Shown here: one piece after another, positions 15,900-32,139 of the stretch | Numbering within the stretch: position 1 is the first letter of the stretch | How the letters are laid out: every line of letters begins with the position of its first letter | From: the human T2T-CHM13v2.0 reference genome, Homo sapiens | Length of the DNA: 64,000 bases | Strand: one strand, 5' to 3' | Assembly (NCBI RefSeq): GCF_009914755.1 | Contig: NC_060945.1 | Notes under the pieces: model-generated | What the model was told of the DNA's origin: nothing | Seen by the model: the letters and a program-made list of their open reading frames with translations, nothing else | Databases searched by the model: none | Position numbers and translations under genes: made by a program

Positions 15900-16680
15900 C
15901 ACATTTCTATTTGTATATACAATAGACATATCAATCATAATATTCCCAAATTAGAGCTCCAGAGCTCCCCACCTTCCAACCCACTTCTTTGATAGTCTTT
16001 GTCAACTCAATTTCTGGTAACTCCACATTTCTAGTTACTTAGGCAAGAATTGAGAAGTCTACTATGCCTTCAAAAAGTATGTCTTTAAAATTATTTAAGG
16101 TAATGGCACATAGCTTTCACTTGAAAATGAAAAATTGCAAGGCGTCCTAAGAACTAGGATAAGAATTGGCTGTCAGATCTGCCTCATTTTAATGGCCCAA
16201 GCAAATCACAAGCTGCACACTAAGAAATGATGAAGAGAAAATATACCTTCCTCTTTTCATAGGAGGGTCTACATAGTCTCATGACAAAAGGAGTGGATAC
16301 AGGAAAAGTTGAATAGGTAAGGATGAAAATGAAATCTACCAAAGGATAATTTAACCTCCCCCTCATGCTTATATTTATTCATGAAACAAAAAATACTGTC
16401 TACTCTGTGCTAGATTTGTGTATAGGTAGTGGCAAAATATTTTTTGTTCCTTTTTAATGATATTTTTAAGTGGAAGAGTTAAATAATTGAACAATTTAAA
16501 AATCATGTAAGAAATATATAGTTTGTGATAAGTACTATGAGTAGATAAGCAGCATGCTCTGATTTTTTTTAGAAAATTTTATTTTGCTTAGCCAGGTGGG
16601 TGATTAAGTTGAGATATGAAAGATGAAGGGAGAATACATAAGAAAAACTCAAGCAAAAGTCATTTAAAGAAGATCAGTGC
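15900..16680. mobile_element. Cluster of ancient fragments: L2 (+, ~15900-16060), MLT1J/K-like LTR end (-, ~16070-16345), L2 3' end (-, ~16370-16680)
   Basis: ggtaactccacatttctagttacttaggcaagaa; gcaaatcacaagc..aaaggagtggatacagg; tttattcatgaaacaaaaaatactgtctactctgtgctag. Confidence 0.45.
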
Positions 16681-16688
16681 AAGTAGGG

Positions 16689-16745
16689 GTGTGTGTGTGT
16701 GTGTGTGTCTGTGTGTCTGTGTCTGTGTGTCTTGTGTATGTGTGA
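16689..16745. repeat. (GT)n / (GTGTCT)n microsatellite
   Basis: Direct inspection. Confidence 0.9.
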
Positions 16746-16837
16746 GATGGGAAAAACATGAACCGTGGCACCAGAAGTACTAAATTTAAATCCTGCTCTT
16801 TGTTTAAGTTCCTGGTGCTGCAATTACAAGTACTTCA

Positions 16838-18175
<1,338 letters not shown>

Positions 18176-19011
18176 GAATATAATAATACTGAGTGTGGAA
18201 TCCTACTTGGATATTGAAGGACAATACTGAAGGATCACTTTTGAATGATCATAGACATAAACATTCAGAATACTACTCTATACATTATAAAAATTATTTA
18301 GGTCAACTGCTTGAGATCAATGTGATCATCATCTCTGTTTTATAATTCAGAAAATAAAGATTTGTAAAAGCTAACCATTTGACTACAAAAACAAGACTAA
18401 GACAGCTGAAACTGGAATTTGTTCCTGGGCTGTATGCTTAGCTACTGTAGTCTGTATCATTGTATATTACTTTAGAACATTTAAAAACCAGTTTGTATTT
18501 GCGTTATATCACGCAAATAAAAGACAAATTTAAAAAGAGACACATTATTTTTCTACCTTTTTTTCCCTCACATTTGAAATATCTTCCGTGGACAACCTCC
18601 ACTTTCATATCTCTAGTCAGAGAACTATGTGGTGCTATGAAATTTACATAGCAGTTCAGGGTACCACACCCTTTTATTTTACTCTAAATTTAATCTAAAA
18701 AAGTTTCTCCAAGAATTCCACCCTCAGTTTTTTTTTTTTGCTCTAATTGTTTTTCCCTAGCAATTCCATCTATTCTAACAATTAAATTAATTAAAGGCTA
18801 TTCTGATCCCTTCTACAACTGTACTTCTAGTATCAGTTTATTCACTGCGTTGAGAAGAAATGCATAATTCTAACAACCTGCCAGATAGTTCCGTCTTGAA
18901 GGTCTAAAGTCATTTCAACAAGACCAACAGAGTGATAATTACTCTTTTCGCTACCAAAACTTGTTCTTAATTCCCAACTTTGTATCCAGTTAAAAATATT
19001 AGTGCTGATCT

Positions 19012-19323
<312 letters not shown>

Positions 19324-19579
19324 TTAGTGCTGATCGAATCCAATTTCAGAGTTATCATCAACTTACAATTTTTCTTTCAATATATATTGCCATTTTTGGA
19401 CTAATAATTTCTTATTGATGCCAACAGAAATATTGATTTCGTATTTATTGTATTGAAAATTTATTAAAATTGCCATATTTATAAGGCTTTTCTTTATTTT
19501 TCCCCCTCTCCCATTTTTTCCACCAATGGCCCCTCACCACCTGAAACACAGATGTGGTTTTATTTCTATGTTTAATGAT

Positions 19580-19929
19580 TGTGTTAGACTAAATAAGTCC
19601 CTACAAAATTCAAATGTTGAAATGCGAACCCTCAATGTGATGGTCTTAGGAGAAGGGGTCTTTAGGAGATGATTAGATAATGAAAATGGAGACTTCATGA
19701 ACACCATTATTGCCCATAAAAAGGGACCCCAGAGTTCTCTAGACCTCTTTCTTCTATGTGAGGATACAACAATTATATAGCTACATATGAACCAAAAAGT
19801 GAGCCCTCACCAGAATCAAGCCATGCTGACATCTAAAATATCCAGCTTTCAGAACTGTGAAAAATAAATTTATGTTATTTGTAAGCCACCCCATCTATGG
19901 TATTTTGTTATAGCGATAGGACTAATATG
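19580..19929 (+). mobile_element. MaLR LTR (MLT1A/MSTD-like)
   Basis: caaaattcaaatgttgaaa..ctcaatgtgatgg...gccctcaccaga...cagaactgtgaaaaataaattt...ggtattttgttatagc. Confidence 0.85.
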
Positions 19930-21259
19930 ATGTTTTTCAATGATATCTACTTTTTAATGTTCACTGATTAACAAACAAATAGGAAAAGAAAACAAGCTTA
20001 ACATATGATATATGATTCTCTACATTTTGCTCCCAAACTTTTCTGAAGTTTCACACAATGTTTCTTCTAGTATGGTAAGATTAAAACCATTTGCTATTAA
20101 TGGTTCCAGTGAATTTCCTTAGACTCATCAAATTCCTTTAAAGTAATCACTTATACATCATGATGTTATAAAATCAACTTTTCAAACAGTGAGTGTGTAT
20201 TTGTATACTTAATTTTATTTACTGGCCATCACAATTCTTATATTTATAATATATCTTTTATAAATATTTTTTCCTAATAATCATGTTTAAATCCTTCAGT
20301 ACAGTCCACAAAACACCTACCTGTTTACATTTCAAGGCATGTTTTGTTATTTGTTTGTTTTTGATTTGTATGAATATTTTCTCAATTTTAAATTTATTTA
20401 AATTTAGTGTTATGGCACTAACTAAATAATATTTTATTGAAACTCTGAATGGATATAGTAATATTGACACATGTAGAATGATATACTTTAGTTATCACTG
20501 TGCAGATATAAATATTCCTGTGTGTGTGTATTAGTCTGTCAGAGTGAACCACTTTGTTTTATGTACAAGACAGTAGTCTAATGGCAAATGTTTATTCTGG
20601 TACAAGTCCTTTGCTGGACAATTTTACTTCAGCTTTAATATATCAGTATGACTATTCATAATATGTAGTAATTTTACAAATGTGCTTGAGTAGGCAGCAA
20701 TAATTGCTGCAATATGTTGAGAATTAAATTAACTGAAGATAACAAAAGTAGCAGGAAGTAATTAAAAAACTGGAACAAGAATGAATGGAGATGTTTTCAA
20801 AGTACCTTATGAAATGTTTAGTAGCCAGTTCATTTCTGAGAGAAACACATATTATAATTAAGAAATTATTCTGTTCCAGATGTATTGAAAATTTTTGCCT
20901 TTACTAATTATTTTGGTGTTAACAAACATATAAAAATAATTAGTTGGAACAAATATATCTCTGGTATGCCTGCGAAATTCGGGTTCTAGGGAGGAATAAT
21001 TAATAATTAACAAATTCAATAAATATTTTTATTTTGTATCTACTACATGTAAATAAATAGACTAAATTATTTGAGGAATTAAAGACTGGCAATACTTGGC
21101 CTAAGGAATAATGCTATTTACTAGGGAAGATAAAAGGCACTTAAGCTTGATGAAAATGACAAAGTAGGATGTTGAATGATACCAAGATATCAAGAGAAGA
21201 TTAAAGAAGGGTATTTCACGGAAAGAATATAGGAACATGGCATTGTGATTTAAAAAAAA

Positions 21260-21628
21260 AAGCAATGTGTTCACAGATACCACATTCTTTTTCTTCCTTG
21301 GTACCCAACACAAGTAAAGTATACTCCAGCCTCGTGGCAGTTGGATATGTCCATATCCAACTTTAGCCTGGGGACATTTAGTTTTAGCCTGGGGACATTT
21401 CCAGCCCCTTGCATAAAACTTCCCTTCTACTCCTCTCCATGGCCTTTCTGGAATCGAAAGACTCTGAAGCCACAGAAAATAGTGGAACTCCATTATGGAA
21501 GGATCTTGATTGCATGATGCCTCTGTTTAGTAAACATGGTGTGATAAATACCCAGTATAGTTATATGAGTCAGAAATAAACTGTGTTAAAACACTAATAT
21601 TGGAAAGGTAATTTGTTACAATATCAGC
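21260..21628 (+). mobile_element. Ancient MaLR LTR remnant (MLT1J-like)
   Basis: 3' end gagtcagaaataaactgtgttaaaacacta...tttgttacaa; contains an 18-bp duplication tttagcctggggacattt. Confidence 0.45.
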
Positions 21629-22597
21629 TGATTTCTAACAAAGGAAATGTATTCAATTTCACACAAATTCATACAGATCATCGGTAAGATGAAGGAGTAT
21701 AGTGAGAAGTAAAAATGGAAAAATGGGAAAGCAGACTGAAAGCTGATATAAAGAGAACCATATTCAGGAAAAAAGAATTTTAAAATTTATTTTCCAGACA
21801 ATAAGATAATGTCAGACAAGTTACGATGAAATAGGATGAATAGAACTTGTGTAACCAAGAATACTCTGGCAGCAAAATAAAGGATGGAGGATAAAGAGAA
21901 GATAACAGGAACAAGAAATCAGCAAGTAGTCCATGTTTAGAAGAACTAAATTACTTTAATTCCACAAAATAGAAGTGTAGGTTTAAAATAGGGTTAGGGA
22001 TAAAGTTAACAGGCTTTTTAAAAGGTATTTGATAAGTCAGGCAAAGCATGAGCACCCAAGAGTTGGTCAATGATTCCAGGAGGAGCTTAGAAAAAGACAA
22101 TGAGAAAGCTTAACAGAATAAACCCCCAGCAGGGTTGAAACTGGTTTTGCTCAGGGATGGCCTGACAAAGATATTGACCTTTGATTCTCCCAGGCTCACA
22201 GTAAATTTTCAGTACTGTGTCAGGATTATGTTATTTATGCCAGTTACTTATGTGTGATGAGTAGGTAACATGGCCAGAATCTCAAGTGTGCAGTGACTGA
22301 CAGACTGGCCAAAGTGAGATCATCATGCATGGTGCAAGCCTCATAGTAAAAAATTGCATTTTCTTGTGGGAGACTGGAATCTGGATAGTTCCAAGAAATT
22401 GAATTCTTATTATCTTGAGTCTAGTGTGAGTGAAAATCTTTGAATATCAGTATCATTTGTCATTAAAAATATGTAACTGTGCCTTTTATAAATCTTTTGA
22501 TCACATCTTGGGAAATCTACATAGCAAAAAGAATAAACAACAAATCAGTAGAAAGATGATGTTTTTAGAGAATAATGGAGAGTTTACATTGTCTTCT

Positions 22598-24604
<2,007 letters not shown>

Positions 24605-25465
24605 ATATCCAACATCATACAAATTTAAAAAACGGAAATTTTCCTGTCATACAATTGTACTTTGCTGATAATATTTAACACTATTAGTTGTTTTTTAAAC
24701 TTTGTTTAAATCTCTACCTTTTTTTCCAGGTTTCCTACCCTTTCCCCTTCACTTACCGTGTGTGTTTTTAAATTGAAGTTAAAAGTAGAAAAGATAAATT
24801 GTGCCTTTTAATTGAAATATTTTGTTTGTTGACATATATTGTTTTCTTTCTTATATTTGAGTTTATGTAGACCGTTTTTCTTTACTGTTTGTCTCAACTC
24901 TTTTGTTTTTTCTTTACTATATTACCTCCTTTGGGATTAACCAAGTTTTTTTAATTCCAATTTTTCCATTTTTCCTATGTTACTATCAATATACATTTTT
25001 TAACTACTGTATTATCCCAGCAACATGAATCTTTGACATATTATACCCATGTATAAATAAGAAAATTTACAACTTGTCAGATAATATTATGACCTTAAAA
25101 CAGTTTACTCCTCTCACCATTTATGTGATTTTAAAAATTAATTTTATTTCTCTATGTATTTAACACTTACGGGTGATCAGCTGGTTCTTTTCTTCTTAAA
25201 TATTAATTTACTTGTATTGTTACCATCTCTATTGTTCTTTATTTCTGTCTACATACTTATGCTTCCCTCCAGGATCATGTTCCTTCTGCCTAAAGTGGCA
25301 CATTAATATTTTTTAAAAACAGGTCTACTAGGACATTTTTCAGCCTTGTATTATACCATGCTATAAATTTTATAATGAGGGAGGGCCCTTTCCTCTTTTA
25401 GGGAGTGGCCAACATTTAACGTATTTCAGGAAAACATTAAAAATTAAACAGGACAAGTACTTGTT

Positions 25466-25603
25466 TTTTTTATTTTTTATTATACTTTAAGTTCTAGGGT
25501 ACATGTGCACAACGTGCAGGTTTGTTACATATGTATACATGCGCCATGTTGGTGTGCTGCACCCATTAACTTGTCATTTACATTAGGTATGTCTCCTAAT
25601 GCT
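25466..25603 (-). mobile_element. Very short young L1PA (PA3-5-like) 3' fragment
   Basis: ttatactttaagttctagggtacatgtgcacaacgtgcagg...; TSD ggacaagtacttgtt / ggacatgtacttgtt. Confidence 0.95.
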
Positions 25604-26224
25604 GGACATGTACTTGTTGATGGCTTACTTTTATTTCCTTAATTTTCTTTGCTTTTATGAAACAACCAACAACTTTCCTCTCATCCTACTCATAACAACT
25701 CTCCATTTACTAGTATCCACTCACAGAGATCAAAATTTGACATATCGACATTATATTTTTGACCTTGGTATTACTTAGGAAATGTTTTGGTCCACTTTGG
25801 ATTGCTACCAAATAGAGTGGTGACTAAGTTTTAGCACATTTTGGATCTTGACAGTGGCCCAGTGTAGAGGTGGTGACCTACTTCCCAGCAGGGCAGACTT
25901 GAAGTCCAGATGAATGACTGTGGTAGATGATGGCTATGTGGAGTATAAGAAGCAAACATTCTTAGTATGCTTTTCTTGGAGAGAAAATTGTGCAGAGAAA
26001 ATACATTTTCCTGATCCTTTCAGAAAAATTCTACCTCTGAAGGGAGTGGAGGTTGGAGAGTGAAGAGGTTGAAGTCTTCCCAAGTTCAGTGTTGTTTTTT
26101 TCTATGGGTAACTGTCTTTCTCTTACAGTAAAATATATACATAAGTTAGATAACACCTATCAGTAATACCTTAGATTATTTCTACAATGTAGGCTGCAAA
26201 ACATTAAAGGGTCAAGCAGTTTTC

Positions 26225-27020
26225 ACATTTTAAGCAATTTACTTTTAATTAACAAAAAATGGTTTTACTTATTTACGGTGTGGCATGTGATGCTTCAATA
26301 AATTGATGCACTGTGGAATGACCATATCAAGCTAACAAATTTAACATATTTATTATCTCACATATTTACCATTGTTTTTTGCAGTGAGAAAACTTTTAAA
26401 ATCTCCTCTCAGCAACTTTGAAATATATAATACATAAATATCAACTCTAGTCCATTCACTGCGCAATAGATCACCAGAAGTTATTCCTCTCATTTAACTG
26501 AAATTTGTGTCTTTTGAACAAAATTTTCCCTTTTCCCATCCATGTCCTCCTCATCCCTCAGGCTCTGGTAACCACAAATCTACTCTCTGCATTTATGAAT
26601 TCAAATTTTTAATTCTGCATATAAGTGAGATCATGTGATAATTGTTTTTCTGTGTTTGGCTTATTTTACTTAGCATAATATCCTCCAGATTTGCTTATTT
26701 TGTTGCAAACCTTAAAAGCTTAATAGAATTCCATGCTCTCTCTGTCTCTCTGTGTTTGTGTGTGTGTGTGTATCTATGTGTTTCTGTGTGTATCACATTT
26801 TAAAAATGTATTTATCTGCTGATGGATACTTATGTTTCTTCCAAATATTGCCTACTGTGAATAATACTGGAGTGAATATAGGAGTGCAAACATCTCTTCA
26901 CCATACTTATTTCAATTCATTTGAATATACCCAAAAACGGGATTGCTGGATTAGATGGTAATTCTATTTTTCTTTTTTTGTGAAACTTCCATAATATTTT
27001 TCCAAAGTATTTTTCAAAAT
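26225..27020 (-). mobile_element. L1MA-like 3' fragment
   Basis: ataagtgagatcatg...ggcttattttacttagcataatatcctccag...gggattgctggattagatggtaattctattttt. Confidence 0.85.
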
Positions 27021-27271
27021 GTAGACAGTTATATATACCAAAATATATGCATATATGAGTAGATATATACAGCATTGTGAAAAAGAGAACAAACATGGAG
27101 TGGGATCTATCTTACTTAATGTTACAAAAAAAAAGAGAAGAAGGATTTTTCTGAGGAAATAATGCCTGTTCCTATTTTATGTAGTAAATGAAAGTTCTTC
27201 AGGAGAAAAAAAACTGAAAAAGAGTAAGTATAAAGCAGTTATGCCCAAAGAAATAAAAATACAAAATAGCC

Positions 27272-27676
27272 TGTGTTATTCCATTTGTGTCACTATAAAC
27301 AAATACAGAGGCTGGAAAATTTATAAAGAAAAGCCATTTAATTGGCTCACATTCTGCAGGCTTCTACAAGAATAGTGCTGGCATCTGCTCAGCTTTGGGT
27401 GAGGGTGTCAGGGAGCTTATAATCATCACAGGAAGTGAAGAGAGAGCCACGGTCTCACGTGGAAAGAGGGGAGCAAGAGAGAGAGCGGGGAGGTGCCACA
27501 CTCTTTTAGACAATGAGATCTCATGTGAACTCCGAGGGAGAACTCCCTCATTATTGTGAGGACAGCGTCAAGACTCATGAATGATGTATCCCCATGACCC
27601 ACACACCTCCCACCAGGGCCCATCTCTAACACTGGGGATGAGTTTTCAACATGAGGTTTGATTTTTCAACATATCC
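27272..27676 (-). mobile_element. MaLR solo LTR (MSTB-like)
   Basis: gtgctggcatctgctcagct..; perfect TSD tagcc at 27267-27271 and 27677-27681. Confidence 0.9.
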
Positions 27677-27759
27677 TAGCCCTACATGAAGTTTGGCATG
27701 CTCTCTGTATCTCTGGGCAGGTATACCTTTCTCTCTGTCAGAGTGTCATTTTCTATTTC

Positions 27760-28548
27760 CATTCTCAACTCAGAAAGTGTGGACTTTAAAAATATATAAC
27801 TTTTTTTTGTCTGTAAACTTTCCCCTGAAACAAGAAGTTTCTTTTCCCTCTTGATATATACACCTGAAACATTTATCTTCTCATTTCTAGCAGGTCCTTT
27901 CTCCACATATGAATCTATATTTGCCTTTAATTTCACTCTGCCTATGGACACTTTAGTCTAAGCATATGAATTATACAAGAGTATCACTTTTCAAAATACA
28001 TAAAAACAAATAAGCTATCCTCCCCTTGGTCTGGCACCTTTCCTACTTCCCTGCTAATCCTCTCATGCGCACTTCTAGAAAGACTGCTTTATGCTTGCCT
28101 CCTTTACCTCCGCAGATACAGTAACTTTTCAATGCATTGTTCTTGGCCTTTTTATTTTCTGTAAAGTGTTCTTGCAAATATACCTGATATGGTTTGGCTC
28201 TGTGTCCCCATCCAAATCTCATGTTGAATTGTATCTCCCAATGTTGGTGGAGGGATCTGGTGAGAAGTGACTGCATTATGAGGGCAGATTTCGCCATGCT
28301 GTTCTCATGATAGTGAGTTTAGTCTCAGGAGATCTGATGGTTTAAAACTGTATGGAACTTCCCCCTCGTTCTTTCTCTCTCTCCTGCCACCATGTGAAGA
28401 ATGTGCTTGCTTCCCCTCCACCTTACACCATGACTGTAAGTTTCCTGAGGCCTCTCAGTTATGCTTCCTGTTAAGCCTGTGGAACGGTGAGCCAATTAAA
28501 TCTCTTTCTTCATAAATTACTCAGTTTCAGGTAGTTCTTTATAGCAGT
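27760..28548 (+). repeat. Local dispersed duplication, copy 2 (MSTA LTR 28185-28548, 3'-truncated, no Alu)
   Basis: Matches 23491-24585 minus the AluY; single aagaatgtgcttgct at 28397-28411; stops at ttctttatagcagt. Confidence 0.97.
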
Positions 28549-29254
28549 AATACTCTGGGGCATACCTAAGTCTATATATATAACTAACATGCTAGAACAG
28601 GTCTAGAATTGCTTTGGTAGATAAATGAATAAATTAATATAGGGTGGACATTTGCCTTTTTTTGGTGAACTTTATACTTTGGGCATATACAACATTGCAA
28701 TACAATTTACTAAAGAAACAAATCATGGTAGATATTCACTTTACTAACTTTACTTGTAATTCAACAACAAGCCTATGATATTTTCTTTGTCAGTCAAATA
28801 AACCCACCCCAAATTGAGTTATTTGAAGGAGAATGAATCATGCAGATGAATGGTGTGTTATATGTGTCATGAGCTAAATCTCATTTTCAGAGATAACATT
28901 GGCAATGAATCTAGGGCAGTCTCTAAAATCCATTGTCTGTTGGCAGTGCTAACTTTGAGTTCTTAAGGTAGTGGAGGTTAAATATCCTTTGGACCATGAA
29001 TTCTTTGCACTATGATAAAAGGATAAATTAAATCCTAATTTGGGGAGACTATTTTGATGATATCTATTCAAATTCATGTCTTTTGACTCAAAAAGTACAC
29101 ACCTATTTGATTGTATTATAGATTTTCTTGCTCATTAGCCACAAATAAAAATAATTTTTGTTTATTGTTTAGCAGGATTCTAAAAACAGCACATTGGTGA
29201 AACAGTGGTAACTATATATTCATAATACAGAAAAATACTATGGGTCTCACAATC

Positions 29255-29680
29255 TGCTATCAAAGGTGTGTATTTATCTGGAGTCTCAAATGGCAAAATA
29301 ACTCACTTCCAAGCTCGTGTAGGCTGTTGGTAGAATTTGTTTTCTTGAAGCTCTGTGGCTGAGGGCTCTGGATCCATAAAGGTTGTCAAATGGAGGCCAC
29401 CTTTAGTGCTTAGCCATTTATTTTTTCTGCCACGTAACCTTTTTCGTAAGCAGACCCTCACCAAAACATCTCAGTTTGCTTCTTAAAGATCAACAGGACA
29501 AGGAGAGCTAGCAGAACAGTGTTACACAGTGTAATGTAATCACAGATGTGACATTGCTTTATGTGTGTCATATTCTGTTAGTTAGAATCAAGTCACAAGT
29601 CTAGTTCACATTCTAAAGAAGGGGATTACACAAAGGCTTTAACACCAAGAGATTGAAAACCTTAGGGTCTGTCTGCCACA
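29255..29680 (-). mobile_element. MaLR LTR (MLT1E/F-like)
   Basis: cacttccaagctc..ggctgttggtagaatt...gttagaatcaagtcaca..aaggggattacacaaagg..gtctgccaca. Confidence 0.75.
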
Positions 29681-31100
29681 ACAGAAAGAATCAAATATTA
29701 AGAGAGAAAAATATGTTCCATTTGCATATAGCACAGAGTGCCTAAAGAAAATACAGAAATGTGTTAATATTTATACAGGATGGTGATATATATAACTTAG
29801 TAAGTAAAAATCTGTACCAATTGCATTGCATTTTCAAGGGAGTCTTAAATAACATAAAACATTTGATGACTAAGTACTAATGAAGTAGTATTCCTTGACT
29901 GTGACTTTGTGCCAATAATAAAATATTCCTTTCTCTAGGCTAATTTATTACTTATTTTTATAATAAAATATATTCTGTGTAATCAAATTGAAAACACATA
30001 TTTTCAAACTAGTGATATGAGTGGATATGGTGACATTTTAATGGAGGTTACCATGCTTTATATAATTTAACCGAGGATATAATCGTATTATTTGCATTAC
30101 AACACCAATCTCAGTCCAATAATTATGGAGTGGCATTATTTGTACACCTCCAGATTGTCACTGTTTAACCCCTCTGATGAAGTAATCAAGTGTCTGGTTT
30201 TCAATATTGTTTAAAATACTCTTAATGTCTCTAGATAGTGGAAATTAGGTTAAGCTGAAGCATCTTAAAGCTTCATAACACCAAACAGATGTTCTTAAAG
30301 CTTCATAACATCTTAAAGCTTCTTAACACCAAACACTATGATCAGGAGGTAGTGGTTCATTTCCACCCTATTTCCTCTTACCTTTCATGAACTCCATTCA
30401 AACATATGCATGTTGCTGAGATATAGTATGGTGCTTAATATCGCTGGGGAAGGAAATAGAAAAATAATAACTACATTGCATTGAAATATGTGCAAGTAAT
30501 AGTGTTCTAATAAAGGTGTAATATATTTTGTTGAATATAGAAAAATTGTGTAGTGTAAAACATTTTCCAAACTTTCTGTCTATTGTATTATATTTGTAAG
30601 ATTTAAACTGATGCTCCTTAGACTGTAAAACAAATACTGCCTTTCAAAAATAACTAAAATAATTAGATTGTGTTTTCAGATGAATTTTCTGGTGCTCATA
30701 TAATTAAAAAATAGTCCAATAGAATAAGAACTTCCAACTGAAAAAGAATAAAGGCATTGCCTATTGGAGTAACATATATACAGCTGTCTCTTGAGTAAAA
30801 TACTGGAAAATAAAGATGCAAGTACCTCAATGACATAATACCTAACATTTTCTAGCACATTATAAAATGTAGTCTACAATTACGTGTATTATTATTTATC
30901 TCCTGCAATAATGTAAGCTTTGTAAATGTAGAAATTTCTGTCTATATTGTTCTCTGATATAAAACTACTGTTTAGAGTAGTGCTGAATACAGGGTATATA
31001 TATATATGTAACTTTTCCTAAAATTTCTAGATAGTTGCAAACTTTACAGTTTTAATAGTTTGTTTTTTAAAAAGCATAATTTACAAAGCATACATGTATG

Positions 31101-31262
31101 CCCTTCCTTCCTTCCCTTTCTTCCTTCCTTTCCTTCCTTCTTTCCTTCCTTCCTCCCTCCCTGCTCGCTTGCTTTCTCTCTTTTCTTTTCATTTTCTTTC
31201 CTTCCTTCCTTCCCTCCCCCTCCCTCCCTTCATTCCTTCCTTCTCTCTCTCTCTCTCTCTCC
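31101..31262. repeat. (CCTT)n/(CT)n polypyrimidine tract adjoining an Alu tail
   Basis: Direct inspection. Confidence 0.92.
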
Positions 31263-31546
31263 TTTTATTTATTTTTTTTTTGTGAGACAGGGTCTCATTC
31301 TGTCACCCAGGCTAGAGTGCCATGGTGCCATCTTGGCTCACTGTAACCTCCACCTCCCAGGCTCAAGCAATCCTCACACCTCAGCCTCCTGAGTAGCCTC
31401 CTGAGTAGCCGGAACTAGAGGAGTGTGTCATCACGCTGGCTAATTCTTGTAATTTCGGCTTGTCTCGAACTCCTGGGCTCAAGCAATCCACCTGCCTCTG
31501 CCTCCCAAAGTGCTGGGATAACATGTGTGAACCATCGTGCCCAGCC
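31263..31546 (-). mobile_element. AluJ
   Basis: gagacagggtctcattctgtcaccc, ggctcaagcaatcc (J-type); internal 12-bp duplication and a deletion. Confidence 0.9.
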
Positions 31547-32139
31547 CAGCACGTATTCTTTTTAAATACAGCCCAGGTTTTCCCATCTACAGTTATTTGA
31601 TGTTATGACTTGTTCAAATAATCAAGTTATTCTTAAATTTTGTTTTCTTTTTCATCTAAGCAAAAGTTTATGGATGTTATATCAACTACATTTCATGTGG
31701 GGCATGCTTCACTACTATATATATTTATTGGTAATTGGGCGACAGAGTGAGACTTCATCACACAAAAAAATCTAAATCTTTAGTAGTGTAATTTAAAAAC
31801 AAGAATTTTATTTCCACACCAGCTTGAAGTCTGTGGTTTTAAAACAATTTCTTTTTAAGGTGTGCTTTACCTCAAAACTGGGAGGGTCTGTCTTTTATCT
31901 CAAACAAAACTACATGGAGAAAAGGTACTAAAGAAAGACAAATGCATTAGATAAATATTTTACCGTATAGTTGTCAGTAAACCAACTTAGAATTATCCTG
32001 CAGGGATTACATAAATAAATAAATACATAAATAAACAAACAAAATAAACACCTTTATGAACACTCCGACTGAGTGGAATATGTCTATATTCTTATAACTG
32101 CTTCAGTTCTAAAAGCCGGAGACACAGGAATCATTAAGA

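Noticed and set aside
27643-27681. Odd MSTB end with repeated ttttcaacat as the internal junction of the duplication
   Set aside because: A perfect TSD (tagcc) flanks the LTR, so the flanks are native; this is only a small local mutation.
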